A stretch of 63,429 bases of DNA, filler included, from Chiloscyllium plagiosum (GCF_004010195.1; 4 parts of one record of this genome joined end to end with filler, not necessarily neighbours in it); one strand, 5' to 3'; shown: positions 49,540 to 63,094, counted from the first letter of the whole stretch. Notes: generated by a model from the sequence alone, not told the origin. Made by a program: numbers and translations.

Positions 49540-52190
49540 AACAATTACCTTGCCCATATGGCATCCTTCATGTCTGAGTCTCGCACCATCTTACCACACA
49601 CTGGTCCCATAACAACTGGCCACTCAGTGGATATCCAACAAAAGCTGCATTCATCCGGGCAAGTGGACAGTATTCCATCACAATCCTGACTTATATCTTG
49701 TAGGTGGTGGACAGACTTCGGGGAGTCAGGAAGTAAATTAGTGCAAGTTCATAGCCTCTGTCATGCTGTTAAGCAGTATGCATATAGTCCAGTTCAGTTT
49801 ATGGTCATTTGTAATTCTCTGAATGTCGACAGTGGAGAATTCAGTGATAGGCAACATTGTTGAATATCAGGAGGTGATCGATTCTTTCTTGTTGGAGATG
49901 ATTATTGCCGGGCACAAACGTTACTTGTCACTTTTTAGCCCAAAACTGAATATTATCCAGTTCTTGTTTCATTTGAACGTGGCACTCTTCACTCTTTGAA
50001 GAGTTGCAAATGTACTGAACAATAATCAGCAGTTATCCTCAGTTCTGAACTTGTGATGGAGGGAAGGCCATTGATGAAGCATTTGGCTGGGCCCAAGATA
50101 CTGTCTGAGGAACTCCTAAATAGAGTTCTAAAGCTGAGATGATAGACCTCCAATGATCACAATCATCTTCCTTTGGGCCAAGTATATCTCCAACTAGCAT
50201 ATATCCCTCTGATATCCATTTACTCGGGTTTTGCTTGGCCTTCTTGCTGTCAGACTCAATCAAATGCTGCCTTGATGTCAAGGGCAGTCACTCTCACCGC
50301 TTCTCTGGATTTCTGTTCTTTTGTCCATGTTTAGACCAAAGCTGTCGTGAGTTCAGGAGCTGAGTTACCCTGATGAAACATAAAATAAATCTCACTGAGC
50401 TGGTTATCACTCAGCAAGTGCTGCTTGATGACACTGCTGCTGATACCTTCCATCAATTTACTGACGAGCGAGAGTAGATTGATGGGGACTATAATGGGCT
50501 GGGTTAGGTTTGACCGGATTTTTGTGTACAAGACATACCTGGTAATTTTCCGTATTGCTGGGTAGATGCCAGTTGTCACTGTGCTGGAACAACTTGGCCA
50601 GGGACGCAGTAAATTCTGGAACACAAGTCTTTAGTACCATTGGCAAAATGTTGAGAGACCCTATAAATTTTGCAATATCTAGTGCCTCCAACCATGACTT
50701 GATATTACATGGAGTGAATTGAATTGACTAAAGACTGAAGTCTGTGATGCTGGGATCTCTGGAGGAGGCTGAAATGGATCATCCACTCAGCATTTCTGAC
50801 TGAAGATCACTTCCAATGCTTCAGCCTTATTTATTGCATGAAAGCGTTGGACTGTTCTGTCATTGAGGTTGGGAATATTTGTAGAGACTCCCCTTCCAGT
50901 GAGTTATTTAATTGTCCGTCACTATACATGACAGGATGTAGCAAGACTGCAGAGCTTAGATCCTAAACAAAAAATAACAAAGGACTATGGATGCTCGAAA
51001 TCTGAAACACAAACAGAAACTGCTGGAGAACCTCAGCAGGTCTAGCAGCATCAGTTGAGAGGAAACAGAATGAAAACTTCGGGTCCAGTGACCCTTCTGC
51101 AGAACAGATTCTATCTTGGAAAAGTTGTGTGTATGCAGAAGACCAAGGTTCGAGGAGTGGTGGAGTATGGAGGTTGAGGGGTGGCAAGCAGGTGGTGGTG
51201 GTGGAGTCCCAAGAGAGAGAACAGCAGTTGGGCGAAGGGATGGATAATGGTGAGCCAGGGAGAAAGAAAATTTGCAATTGCGATCATTAATGAGTGAAAA
51301 TAGGTTTGTAGTGATGCAAGCAGCATATGTGGTGACAAGGCCTGGCGTGTGGAAGTTGGTAAGGACTTGGAAGAAGGTGCTCAGGCCTGTACCTGCCATA
51401 TGTCCTGTCTGCAAAAATAACCCAAGTTTCCGGTTGCCTGGCATTTCAACACACCACCATGTTTCCTGGCAACACTTCTGACTCAGGCCTGCGACAATGT
51501 TTCAGTGAGCTGTAGCACAAGCTGGAAGAACAGCATTTCATTTTCTGCTCAGGGACCCTGCAACTTTCAGGGCTCAATATCAAGTTCAATAATCTTAGAG
51601 CCTGAGCACCTTTTTCCATATCCTTACCCTCCTTCCACACCCCAGCCCTTACAATCACATGTACTGCTTTCATCACTGCCAACTTATTTTCACCCACTGA
51701 TCGTCCTCTTTAGCAGCTTTTCTTTCTCCTTGGCTCACAATTATCCATTCTCTTTTCTACCCAATTGCTGTTCACTCTCTAGGTTCCATCTTCACCTATC
51801 ATTCATCTCTCCCAATCCCTGATCTTCAGTGTAAGTACCACCTTTCCCCAGCTTCAAGCAATTCTGAGGAAAGGTCAGTGGACCTGAAACATCCTCTCCA
51901 GGTGCTGCCAGACCTGCTGAGATTCTCTAGCAATTTTTGTTTCGTCTTAGCTTTGATCCATTGGTCATGGAGTCGTTCACTTGCTGCTTATGCTATTTGG
52001 TACTCAAATAATCCCTTTTTGCAGCTTCACCAGGTTGATACCTCATGCTTACATATTCCTGGCACTGCTAATGGCATGCCCTCCTACACGCTTCATTGAA
52101 CCAGAGTCGGCCCCCTGCTTGATGCTAGTGGCAGGGTGGGAGCTATGCCAGACCATGAGGTTTCACATTATCTTTGAATACAATGCTATT
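49540..52190 (-). mobile_element. Old CR1-clade LINE RT region, interrupted by a PLE at 50964-51948
   Basis: VLKTCVPE...LAKLFQ, VHK...NPAHY.PI.LLS and SAPELTTALV motifs. Homologous to 10890-12580. Confidence 0.75.
50964..51948. mobile_element. PLE 3' end with a long inverted terminal duplication
   Basis: About 51010-51387 is the inverse of about 51599-51941. GIY-YIG C-terminus at 51420-51600. Near-TSD AGCTTAGATCC (50953) / AGCTTTGATCC (51949). Confidence 0.78.
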
Positions 52191-53559
52191 GTCCTGTCTG
52201 AGGAATGAGGGACAAGTTTGAAAGTACCAGCTGCAGGTCCACAAAGCCTAGGATGTCATTTTCCAGCAAAAGCCCTAAGGCCTCACAATCAATTTGAGGA
52301 AGATAAAACAATTTCCTTAGTTGCTGCCAATGTCTTCTTCAACTGGTTGTCAGACTTCTCAGGTCATAAAATCTGAAGATAAATGTTGTCAGATGCTCTA
52401 CCATTAGCTATTAGGATGTTGGTTTGTTTGAGTGTCTATGGATATACATGAAAAGTATTAAAGCAAGATGGCTAGGAACATCTACTGAGATCTAATTTCT
52501 TCGGCAACATTTTACCTGTAAACCTTTCAATAAAGATAGATTTGATGTAAGTGTAAGACTCGGTCTGCTTATTTGAAAAATCCCAGAAAATTACATAGCA
52601 ACATGTAATTTTCTATTCCTTTTTCATCTCAGTATTGCCTGGGAACTAAGCTTTCCTCAAATGCCGCAAAGAACAAAATTCAGCTGACTGACTCTTGCAG
52701 TGAAATGGTTTCATCTTTTGTGAACCAAACCACACAAGTAACTGAATCAAATCGAGCAACACTGCTGAACTCAACTCTATTTCCACCTGATTTGCAGATG
52801 AATCGCACTTTCTAAAAGAGGTGACAGGTAGCATTCAGGGACAGGAAACATATTTCGGTTTTCCCTTCTGTTGCTCGAGGTATTGGGGATATTTCAAATC
52901 CACCAGCTTCTTTGACTGAGTAAAGTGAACTTCTCTCAAGGTCTTCAGGATGAAGTTCACGTTGGACTCTATTTACTACTTCACCCATTGCCAGGCCTAC
53001 AATGAAGAATTGTGAATAGCAGTTCAAATAGATTTAATTTACTTCAACATTAATATTATTAAGCTCACAGTCTGCCCATTTTAAGGAGCCCAAGTGACAA
53101 ATGAGTAAGTGTATCATTTTTGTCATTATGCAGGTGACAAGGCAACAATTCTTTAATGCTATTTGAATCACAAAAGGAAGCATTTGTTTTATTAATACTA
53201 CCATTTATGCAAAACTTTATTATATCTCTAGAATGCCTTAAAATGTTTTGTATGCAACTTTTGGAGGTACCTACACCAAGTGGACTGTGGTGGTTCAGGA
53301 AACTAGCTCACCATCATCAGGCTAATTAGGGCTAGGCAAGAAATATTGGTCCAATCAGCGAACCCCTCATCTTATAAATTATTCTTTTAAAAAGTGAATT
53401 ATTCTTAAATGCAGTGACCGGTGGTATGCTGGCAAACACAGGAGCTAAGTAACAAAATTACACAAGACATAGTGTTTTTACGCTGATAGCTAAGAGGGAA
53501 AAGCTTGTTTCATTCAAATTATCACAAGATCTTTATCCAACACTTTGTTGTAGCATTTT

Positions 53560-53875
53560 ATATTCGTGTCAGAATTTATGGGTTCAAGCCTGACTTCGTA
53601 ACCTACGTACATAAGTCAAACTGATTCATCTGTGAAGTACTGAAGAAATACTGCACTGTTAGAGAACCCATTCACAGGGACAAATAGAATCATGGAGGTC
53701 TCCTAACCAACAGTGATCCCACTTCTACTGCCAAAAGAAATTAACTGCTTAGTTATTGCATTGTGGACAAATTAACTGTCATGTTTCCTTTTAAAACTCC
53801 AGTGAATAAACTTCAGAAATAATTGATTACTTTGGGACATCCTGAAGGTGTGAAAGATGTAAATATAACTTCTTT
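53560..53875 (+). mobile_element. Degenerate Deu-domain SINE (SacSINE1/AmnSINE-like)
   Basis: B-box GGGTTCAAGCC, Deu-like AGTACTGA....ACTGCACTGT and tail CTTTGGGACATCCTGAAGGTGTGAAAG. Matched against the consensus from memory. Confidence 0.55.
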
Positions 53876-54499
53876 CCACTTGAAGGAACAGAGCAGGTAG
53901 TTAAGGTTTCAGCTAACATCACATTCAACAATAAAATGCTTAAATAAGAAAAACTTCAGTTCTCAGGGAGTAATTGGACCCGAGAAAGGGGCTCCATTTC
54001 TTTCTCAACAGATGCTGTCAGACCTGTGGAATCTTTCCAGCACTTTCTGTTTTTATTTGCTAAAATGCTCCCTCGGTACTTCAGTGAAGCAAAATCTTAG
54101 ATTACATCTCATATCCTGGAATGGAATAGAAACTGAAAAACTGCTGTCTCAAATGCAAAGGCATGACTTATTAAACCCAGGCAATGCATGATTTGCCTCC
54201 AGTAGGTATTTTCACCTGTTGAGCAATGCTTGTGTTATTCCTCATCAGATAAGAAACTAAGATGGTATTGAAAGATCCAATAGATGTTTATTACAGCTCA
54301 CTCCTGTATGTACATATATAAAAACTACATTCACAGGCACTCCTGGGCCTGGGATAACATCAAATCATTTGGTGACAAACAGTAGTTTTCATCAGCATAT
54401 CATACTTCAAACGTTAAGGTACAGTCTGAGATCTTTAATTTCTTCAGAGAAATACAATGATAATATCATTAATATGTCTCTAATGGTACATACATAGAG

Positions 54500-55175
54500 G
54501 GGAGATGATGCAGCAGTAACATACTGAACTAGCAATCAAGAGGACTAAGTTAATGCTGTGGGTGACAAGGGTTCAAATACCACCACAATTAATATATCTA
54601 GAATTGAAAGCTAGTCTCGGAAGAATGAGTTGGGAGGTCATGTTGTGGCTGTACAGGACATTGGTTAGGCCACTGTTGGAATATTGTGTGCAATTCTGGT
54701 CTCCTTCCTATCGGAAAGATGTTGTGAAACTCGAAAGGGCTCAGAAACGATTTACAAGGATATTGCCAGGGTTGAAGGATTTGAGCTACAGAGAGAGGCT
54801 GAACAGGCTGGGGCTGTTTTCCCTGGAACGTCGGAGGCTGAGGGGTGACCTTATAGAGGTTTACAAAATTATATCTGATCGGTGTGGACAGGTTGGACCG
54901 AAGGGTCTGTTTCCATGCTGTACATCTCTATGACTCTATATATCTTCTTCTAAAGATCTGTCTTTATTTCTTTATTTTCTTATAAAGTTCAATAATGTTT
55001 AGGGAGTGAAACCTTCCATCCTTACCTGGTTTGGCCTATCTGCTACTCTAAGCCTATAGCTCTGTGGTTGATCATTCTCTGAAATTGCCTGGCAATCTAC
55101 TCAGTCCAAGGACAAATTAGGGAAGAACAACAAATTCTGGCTTTGCAAGAGACATGCATTCCCATGAAAAGATGT
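54500..55175 (+). mobile_element. tRNA-derived SINE split by an internally deleted CR1 3' end (about 54625-54940)
   Basis: B box GGGTTCAAATACC. The CR1 insert encodes LVRPLLEYCVQFWSP..RRRLRGDLIEVYKI. Confidence 0.7.
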
Positions 55176-55692
55176 AAATTACTAACTGTAACACAACCCA
55201 AGGTGTCAATGAAGACAATTATATTTCAGCTGGCCGTTTAGTGAACAACATTCTCAGCCTGGTTTGTGGAAGAAGGTCAAAATGGCTACTTTTATAAATG
55301 GACTTAGAAATTTGTTCGCTTGTGAAGGAGCTCCCAAAATCTCAGTCAGAATTCAATATGCATCAGTTGAGATATCTTACATATTATATTACCATAAAGA
55401 AGGCACATCTGTCAACATTTCCCCCTTCCTGCACCAGCCATATTACTACAAAATGTCCTGATTAGTGCTGCAATCAAAAACATAGAAACCATATTATCCC
55501 AGAAGACTGAAAGTGCACAAAGATCATTGGTAAGCTGGTTCACAGGCACAGAAGACTAACATTCTGCTGCCATACTATTTGTCACACTTTGCATTTGCCT
55601 TGTTGCATACTGTGAGGATGGTAGCAGTCATGATGATGCTAGCTTAGTAATCTAATGGTCAAATGCTTTGGAGCCACAATTTAACATCCCAC

Positions 55693-55928
55693 TGAACTAA
55701 TTCCACAGAGGCCAGTATTCCATCACCAAGTCATTCTTTACTTACATGTGTGTAGTGCTTGACACTGGTCTGGCTTCCTCAGAGCCAACTCTCAGAGTGA
55801 ACAGAACCTCTGATACTCTTGTTTATATCTGTCAGCCGGGGCTCCCTGATTGGACCATGTTAACATCCCAAATCAGGGAATTCATATTCTATGATGTCCA
55901 TCTGGTTGACCTCATTACAATTACTACA
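55693..55928 (-). mobile_element. Isolated Gypsy-family LTR
   Basis: TG...CA ends and homology to 41296-41535, with no internal region attached. Confidence 0.8.
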
Positions 55929-56204
55929 TCCTCTACAGCAGTCAGTTCAATTCAATCACCTATATGCAATTAGTTCAAAACCTTTGAATTTTCAAATAAT
56001 GTTGAGTAATGGTATCTATGTAATCTGCAGATCATCATAAAAAAACAGTTTGGGTTTCACACCCCTTTAGGGTAGAGAATCCATTGATTTTTCCTGGTCG
56101 GGCTGGGATGTTACCCTAGGTCATAACCTTTGAAATCATCCAGCAAGCTACTCAGAATTGTATTAAACATCTACAGAAAAATCAAAGAGGAATAAACCCA
56201 GATA

Positions 56205-57362
56205 GGTCTAATAAATAGGATTGAATTTTTCATGGAGGTGCCTAGGTGTGTAGTCGAGGGTAGTGCAGTTGATGTAGTCTACATGGACTTCACTAAGGCT
56301 TTTGTCAAGCTTTTGACAAACTGGTTAAGAAGCTAAGAGTCCATGGAATCCAGGGCAATTTGTCAAATTGGATCCAAAATTGACTAAATGGCAGGAAGCA
56401 GAAAGAGATTGTCAATGGGCATTTTTGTGACTGGAAACCTTTGTCAGTGGTACGCCATATGGTTCAGTGTTGAGTCCTTTGCTGTTTGTTGTGTACATTA
56501 ATTATTCAGATGTTAATACAGGAGTAATGATCAATCAATTACAGGATAACACCAATGAATGGGAATATGGACTGAATGGAATTTAATCCTGAAACACATG
56601 AGGTGATGCATTTTGGGAGCACTAACGAGGCAAGGAAGTACATGTTAAATAGTAGGACAATAGGAAGAATAAATGATCAGAGGGACCTTGGTGTGCATGT
56701 CCATATATCCTTGAAGACAGGGTAAGTAGCTAAGGGACGTATATGGGATACTTACCTTGTTAGTCATGGCATTGAACACTAGCACAAAGAGATTATTATG
56801 AGGCTGCATATGATGTTGATGAGGCTACAGTGCACCCATTGTGTGCAGTTCCCATTACCACACCATAAAAAGGATGTGATTACATTAGCGAGGATGCAGA
56901 AGAGATTCATAAGGATGTTGCTTGGGCTGGAGTGAATCAGCGACAAAAAGAGACTAGGTAGGCTGGGGTAATTCCTTGAGAGCAGAATAGGCTGAGAAGG
57001 GCTCTGTTTGAGGTGTGCTAAATTCTGAAGGGCCTAACAGCGTAGATAGGGAGAAATCTGCAGCATGGTCAATAACTAGAAGGTAATGTTTTAAGGTAAG
57101 GAGTAGGGGGTTGAAAAGGGATTTGAGAAAAACAAGTTTTCACACAGAGGAGTTTGAGTATCTAGAACCCACTGCCTTAAAGAGCTTTGAGGTGGGAACC
57201 CTCTGGACTATTAAGAACTCCTTAGAAGATCACTTGAAATATCACAACACACAAGTCTACAAGCCAAGTGCTAGAGATCGGGATTAGACACGATGGATGC
57301 TTGATAACCAGCAAAGATGGGCCAATGGACTTCCTTCCATGCCGTGAAAACTCTTTAACTCT
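56205..57362 (+). mobile_element. Old CR1 RT and 3' end
   Basis: VVYMDFTKAF and MEFNPE..EVMHFG relics with many stops. Confidence 0.8.
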
Positions 57363-58549
57363 AGGTCACTTGGCATCCTGTTAGATATGAAAAATGACAA
57401 TATAATATCATACCCAATTCACCCTGTAAGGTTTGCCTCACGTACATCTGGGAGGTTTGTGCTAAAATTGAAGGTGCTGTCCCACAGACTAGTCACCCAA
57501 CAGACTGACATAGTCATACTCATTAAGTCATCAAAGCTCCTTCAATATCATCTTCCAAACCTCAACATTTGCCATGTGCCACAGGCACATGGAAACACAA
57601 ACACCTGCAATTCCCTTCCAAACCATAGATCATCCTGACTTGGATTTATAACACTGTCCTGTACATGTATTCAAGTCAAAATCTTGCAACTCTCTTCCAA
57701 GCAAAATCGTGACTGTACATCGATCTCATGGACAGCAGTGGATCAAGAAGGAGGGTCATCATCATCCTGTCAAGCCAATAAGGAATGGGGGGGTAATAAA
57801 TGTCAGTCTTTCCATCAATGCTTACACCCCAAGAAAAGATAAAGGTTGATAAATAGTAAGTGGGAAAACTAAGAACCAGAGAAGAACCATATAAACCACG
57901 TTTAACCTGAGCTATCTAAGCACTATTGATTCAGAAAGTAAATGCCATTTTAGTTTTCATTACAAATCGGTTAGATTATCAGAGTAAAAGGACTGGATAT
58001 TCAACCTAGGATTGGCATCCAACTGCTGGAGCATTTCCAGGTTCTAATCCAACATTATGTCATTGTCAATGTTGCAATTTAACTTTGAAAAGGAAGAGGA
58101 AAGCAGAAAAGAAAAGCTTAGCAAATGACAAGATGGCCCAAGCAAAAGAGAAGCCAATAAGTCATTCTTCTTCATATTTTTATGCAGAGCCATGGTCTGT
58201 GTTGCAAGACTTGTTATAATGTTGACTCCATTTGAAGTCTATGTAGGTGGAAATGGATTATACAGATGTATGCTCTTTGGATAAATTCTCTCCATAATGG
58301 AAGATGAGTAATCGGGTTGAGCTACTCAGGTGGAGTGTTTTTGAATTAACATGGCCCTGTGTCTAAGCCAGCCTGCCAAACCCCCACTGTGAGGCCTGGA
58401 ATTGTTCCATTGGTCTTCTTCCAGTGTGTGTACACCAAGCTTTTCTGAGAAGCCCCCTTCTTCTTCTTCCCTGTCCTCAAAGGATGAATAGTATTTAAGA
58501 CCCCACCTCTATCTAACTCTATGCTTTGTCATCATGTGGCCTGACACAA

Positions 58550-60380
58550 AAACCATAAGTCCGTAAAAAATAAAAACAGGAATAGGCCATTTGGTCCTTT
58601 GAGCCTGCTCTCCCGTTCAATAAGAGCATGATTAATCTGACATTCCTCACGTCTACTTCCCTGCCTTTTCCTCCTAACCCTCAATTTCCTTATTGATCAA
58701 GAATCTATCTATCTCATCCTTGAATATACACAAGGACTTACCCATACTGCTCTCTGTGGAGAGGAGTTCCAAAGATTCACAATCCTCTGACATAAAAAAG
58801 TCCTCCTCATCTCAGTCTTAAATTGGAGTCACTTTATTCTGAGACAATGCCCTTTGGTCCTAGACCCTCCCACAAGGGGAAACATCCTCTCAGCATTTAC
58901 CTTGTCAAGCCTCTTAAGAATCCTAGATCACCTCTCATAGTTATACATTTCAGTGAGTAGAATCCCAACCTGTTTAACTTTTGCTCATTAGATAATCTGT
59001 CTATACAGGGGATCACCCCAGTGAACCTGTTGTGAATTGCCTCAAATGAAATAATATCCTTCCTTAAATAAGAGGACCAAAGTGGCTCACAGTACTCCCA
59101 ATGTGGTCTCACCTGCACCTTTCAAAATTGCAATAACAGTTCTCTAGAGTTGTACTCCAACTCCCTTGAAATCACAGCCAACATTCCATTAGTCTTCCTG
59201 ATTACCTGCTGCAGCTGTATGCTAGCCTTCTGTGTTTTATGCCCAAGTACTCCCAAGTCTCTTTGTTTTGCAGCTGTCTGTAGTTTTTCTCCATTTAAAT
59301 AAACTTCTAATTTTTTGTTCTCCCTTCCAAAGTGAAAATCACATTTTCCCACATTGTACTCCATTTGCCAAAATTTTGCCACATACTTAACCTGTTGATA
59401 TCTCTCTATAAACTGTATTTGTCTTGTAATTTATTATTCCACATATTTTTATGTTGTCTGAAAATTTGGCTACAGTACATTTACTTTCTTCCTGCATTAA
59501 TATGTATATTGTACAGCAGCAATTCCTGTGGAACCCCACTGGTCACAGGTCACCAACCTGAAAAAGAACCCCTTATCTTCAATTACTTTTTCCTACCCAT
59601 GATCTAATTCGCTGTCCATACCAATATACTACCTTCAGCCATGGGCTGCTATCACTAAACGTTTTGTGAGATATCTTATTGATGCCTTCTGGAAGTCCAA
59701 ATACAATACATCTACTGGTTCACTTTTATCCACTCCAACTGCGACTTGCTTGAAAAATTCTAATAAATTAATCAGACATAATTCCCTTTTCATGAAGGCA
59801 TTTTGAATCTATTTGCTTAGCTTATGATTTTCCAAATGTTCTACTATTACTTCCTTAATAATTTACTCAAATACTTTCCCAAGAGGGCAAAGGTTTAGGG
59901 CGAGAGGGGAAAAATATAAAAGGGACATGAGTGGCAATTGTTTCACATAGAGAGTGTATGAAATGAGCTGCCAGAGGAAGTGGGGGACACTGGAAGAATT
60001 GTAGCATTTAAAAGTCATCTGGATGGGTACATGAAAGAAAGGGTTTGGAGGGATATGGGCCAGGTGGTAGCAAGTGGGACTAGATTAGGTTGGGATATCT
60101 GGTCGGCACGGACGAGTTGGACTGAAGGCTCTGTTTCCATGCTGTACATCTCTATGACTCTAAGACTCCAAGAGTCGATGATAGGCTAATCACCCGCTTC
60201 GGGTCTTCCTCCCATTTGAATAGGGGTGTCACATCAGCAATTTTCCAATCCTCTGGTATTTCTCTAGATTCCAAGGAGTTTTGAAAAATTACCACCAATG
60301 CACTTATTATTTCTGCAGATGCCTCTTTTAGGATCCTAGGGTGCAAGTCATCAGTGCGGGGGGCTTAAGTGCCTTTAGCC
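58550..60380 (-). mobile_element. Old CR1 with a younger plus-strand CR1 3' end inserted at about 59886-60167
   Basis: WQMEYNVGKC and IPEDWKIADVTPLFK motifs. The insert is flanked by CCAAGAG (59879 and 60168). Confidence 0.85.
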
Positions 60381-60989
60381 TCAGCTATAGCCAATGATCA
60401 CCATATGAGACACCGTGGCTGGCACATACTAGGGGCTAGCACTGATCAGTCAAAGAAATGCAAGCACATCTTCAAGATGGCAATGCTTGTTCCCATTAGT
60501 AGACGTCTTTGGTTGTAGTACCTTTCTCCATCTTGGTTTGGGTAACAAGATTCAGAAGTCATGGCTTCAGGAGACATCTGTTGTACCTCAGGGACACAGC
60601 TGAATGTCATCTTGAAGCAGCGTGATACCTAGAAATCTCAAAGAATAAAGGAATTTAGAACAATTTCGCACCAATTGTTTTCCTGCAAATTCACATGGTT
60701 TGAGCATCGAACGTCACAAATGCAGTCATGAAGCTCTGACTCTACATTTCCAAGTCTACTATGCTCTATCCAAGTGAAACTCAGAACAGAGAACTCCAAA
60801 TATGTCACACAACTTAAACCTCGTTCACCACAGCTGCTCACACAAAATCTTGGAGAGACAACATTATCAATGAGGAAATAATCAGAGTTCCTAAGTGAAC
60901 ATTGTGAATGGAAGATGATGCTGGCAGGAATCATCCTTTGTCACCTGGATGTATACACCATCAGAATGACAACAGACTGGGCACCACTA

Positions 60990-61418
60990 GGTTGAAGAAG
61001 AGGGGGTCATAGATCAGAGTTATAGGGAAGTAGTAACTCCAAAGATGGCAGATAGATGGGTTACAGTGAGGGGGACTGGGAGGAAGCAGCCAGTGCAGGG
61101 ACCTCCTGCGGCCATTCCCCTCAAGAACAAGTATACCGTTTTGGATACTTGTGGGGGGGATGACTTACCAGGGGTAAGTAACGGGGCTCAGGTCTCTGGC
61201 ACGGAGCCTGTCCCCGTTACTCAGAAGGGAAGGGTGAAGAAGAGCAGAGCAGTAGTAATTGGGGACTCGATAGTTAGGGGCACAGACAGGCGGTTTTGTG
61301 GGAACGAGAGAGACTCACGTTTGGTATGTTGCCTCCCAGGTGCAAGGGTACATGATGTCTCTGATCGTGTTTTCCGGGTCCTGGAGGGGGAGGGGGAGCA
61401 ACCCGAAGTCGTGGCCCA
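60990..61418 (+). mobile_element. CR1 ORF1 (SGNH esterase-like) fragment, ending at linker gap 61419-61518
   Basis: IPLKNKYTVL and AVVIGDSIVRGTDRRFC...VCCLPGARV.DV. Confidence 0.9.
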
Positions 61419-61518
61419 NNNNNNNNNNNNNNNNNNNNNNNNNNNNNNNNNNNNNNNNNNNNTTAATTAATTAANNNNNNNNNNNNNNNNNNNNNNNNNN
61501 NNNNNNNNNNNNNNNNNN

Positions 61519-61800
61519 ACTGCTCTCTCTCCACCCGTCCTGCACATAAACACCCAGCTCCCTCTCCTCCTGCACCCCCTTTTAGAATTGTACCCCCTGT
61601 TCGATATTGCCTTCCAATGCTCTTCCTACAAAAGGGACTCACCTTCCACCCCTCTGCACTGAACCTCATCGGCCGTCTCTCTGCCCACTCCCCCAACTTG
61701 TCAATGTCCTTTCAGTGTCCTGCACTGCCCTCCGCCCAGTGTACAATCCCTCCACGTTTCGTGTCATCTGCAAACTTTGAAATTGCCCCCTGCACACTGT
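61519..61800 (-). mobile_element. Divergent GC-rich CR1 RT fragment
   Basis: Reverse strand reads ISKFADDTKRGG..DIDKLGEWAER. Confidence 0.75.
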
Positions 61801-63094
61801 GAGGTCCAGATCTTGAATTAGGAAAACATAACCTCACACTCCCACCCCGAAGCCCCATATCCCTTAATAAGATCGATCAAACTCAAATTTTGACGAGCAA
61901 TTAGCACACGATAATATGAACAGCTCACCGGGCATCAACCGAGATCTTCTGCACATTGAAATGTTTCCTCTACTCCCTTCCTGTTCATGTATATGTCCAG
62001 GTATTCATGCATTCCCTGTGCAAGCTGAGTCTGCCAAGACTCCAGCGGCAACAAAGGAACTGACAGAATTCCGAACCTTATCCATCGAATCTTCAAGAAT
62101 CATGATTTTCTCTTGAAAGTGAGACTTCCCTCTTGAGTTGAAGTGTGTGTTGGGTTCGTTCGAGGGGTAAATATTTTTATATCTTCCATGTCTCGAAGAA
62201 TCTGCCCCCTAGAGGGCTGCATCAGCTGGAGCGGTTTCTCCTGTTGGTTGGAACAGAGTTGGGAGGATCACATTGCCCCACTGCTTGAGATGCACAATGA
62301 ACGGTTTATTCCCAAATTCTCTCAACTGTACTTAAAATGAAAAGGTCTATGACCAGGTTTACTTTCGTCAACACACGCAGAAGATATAAATGCAACGTGG
62401 CTAGTTAAACTACTTGACATGAAGCAAAACACAATTTATTTAAAAACTGTAGTTAAAATGTAACCAAAAGAAGAAGAATTTAGAATAACAATGCTGTTGG
62501 GAACTTAACCAAGTAGTAGATACAGTAATGGTTACCAATGAGACAGATTCTCAAATGCAGTTCTCCCATCCAGGAGGAAAACAAACCATCAAGAAAAGAA
62601 ACATGGGGATCAGCAGTCAGGAGATATTCACCAAAGCTTCCGACTCTGTTGAGACCCCCAGTAGCTTCTGCTAAAAAGTTAAAATTAAGTAGCATACCTG
62701 GGTCAGTGAGGGCTGGCTACACCCGGCCAGGCTGCTTTGATTGTTCCAACTTTAAAGAAAACCCCAAGGCCTCACAAGCCGTTGACTGAAATGGTCTTCA
62801 GCAGGTGGCTCTGAACCTCTGCCTTGTAACAAAACAAAACTGGACAAAATAGCCTCTCGAAAGCAACAGTGTTGCCCCACATTTTAAAAAAAAACAGACA
62901 TCTCAACAACTCCTTAAGAAGTGGTCTGCAGATAAGATGCATTTTTGTGATGCTGCCTAGTGTCCAATTGAAACCATTGATCATCTGAGTCCTGTGTGAG
63001 GTGTCCTTACGGCCCATCAAAACCTCTGAATTTCCCAAATTTCTGAAGAGAAGCTCTCTGGAAATTTCTCTCTGCTCCCCTGGGGCAATGAAGG

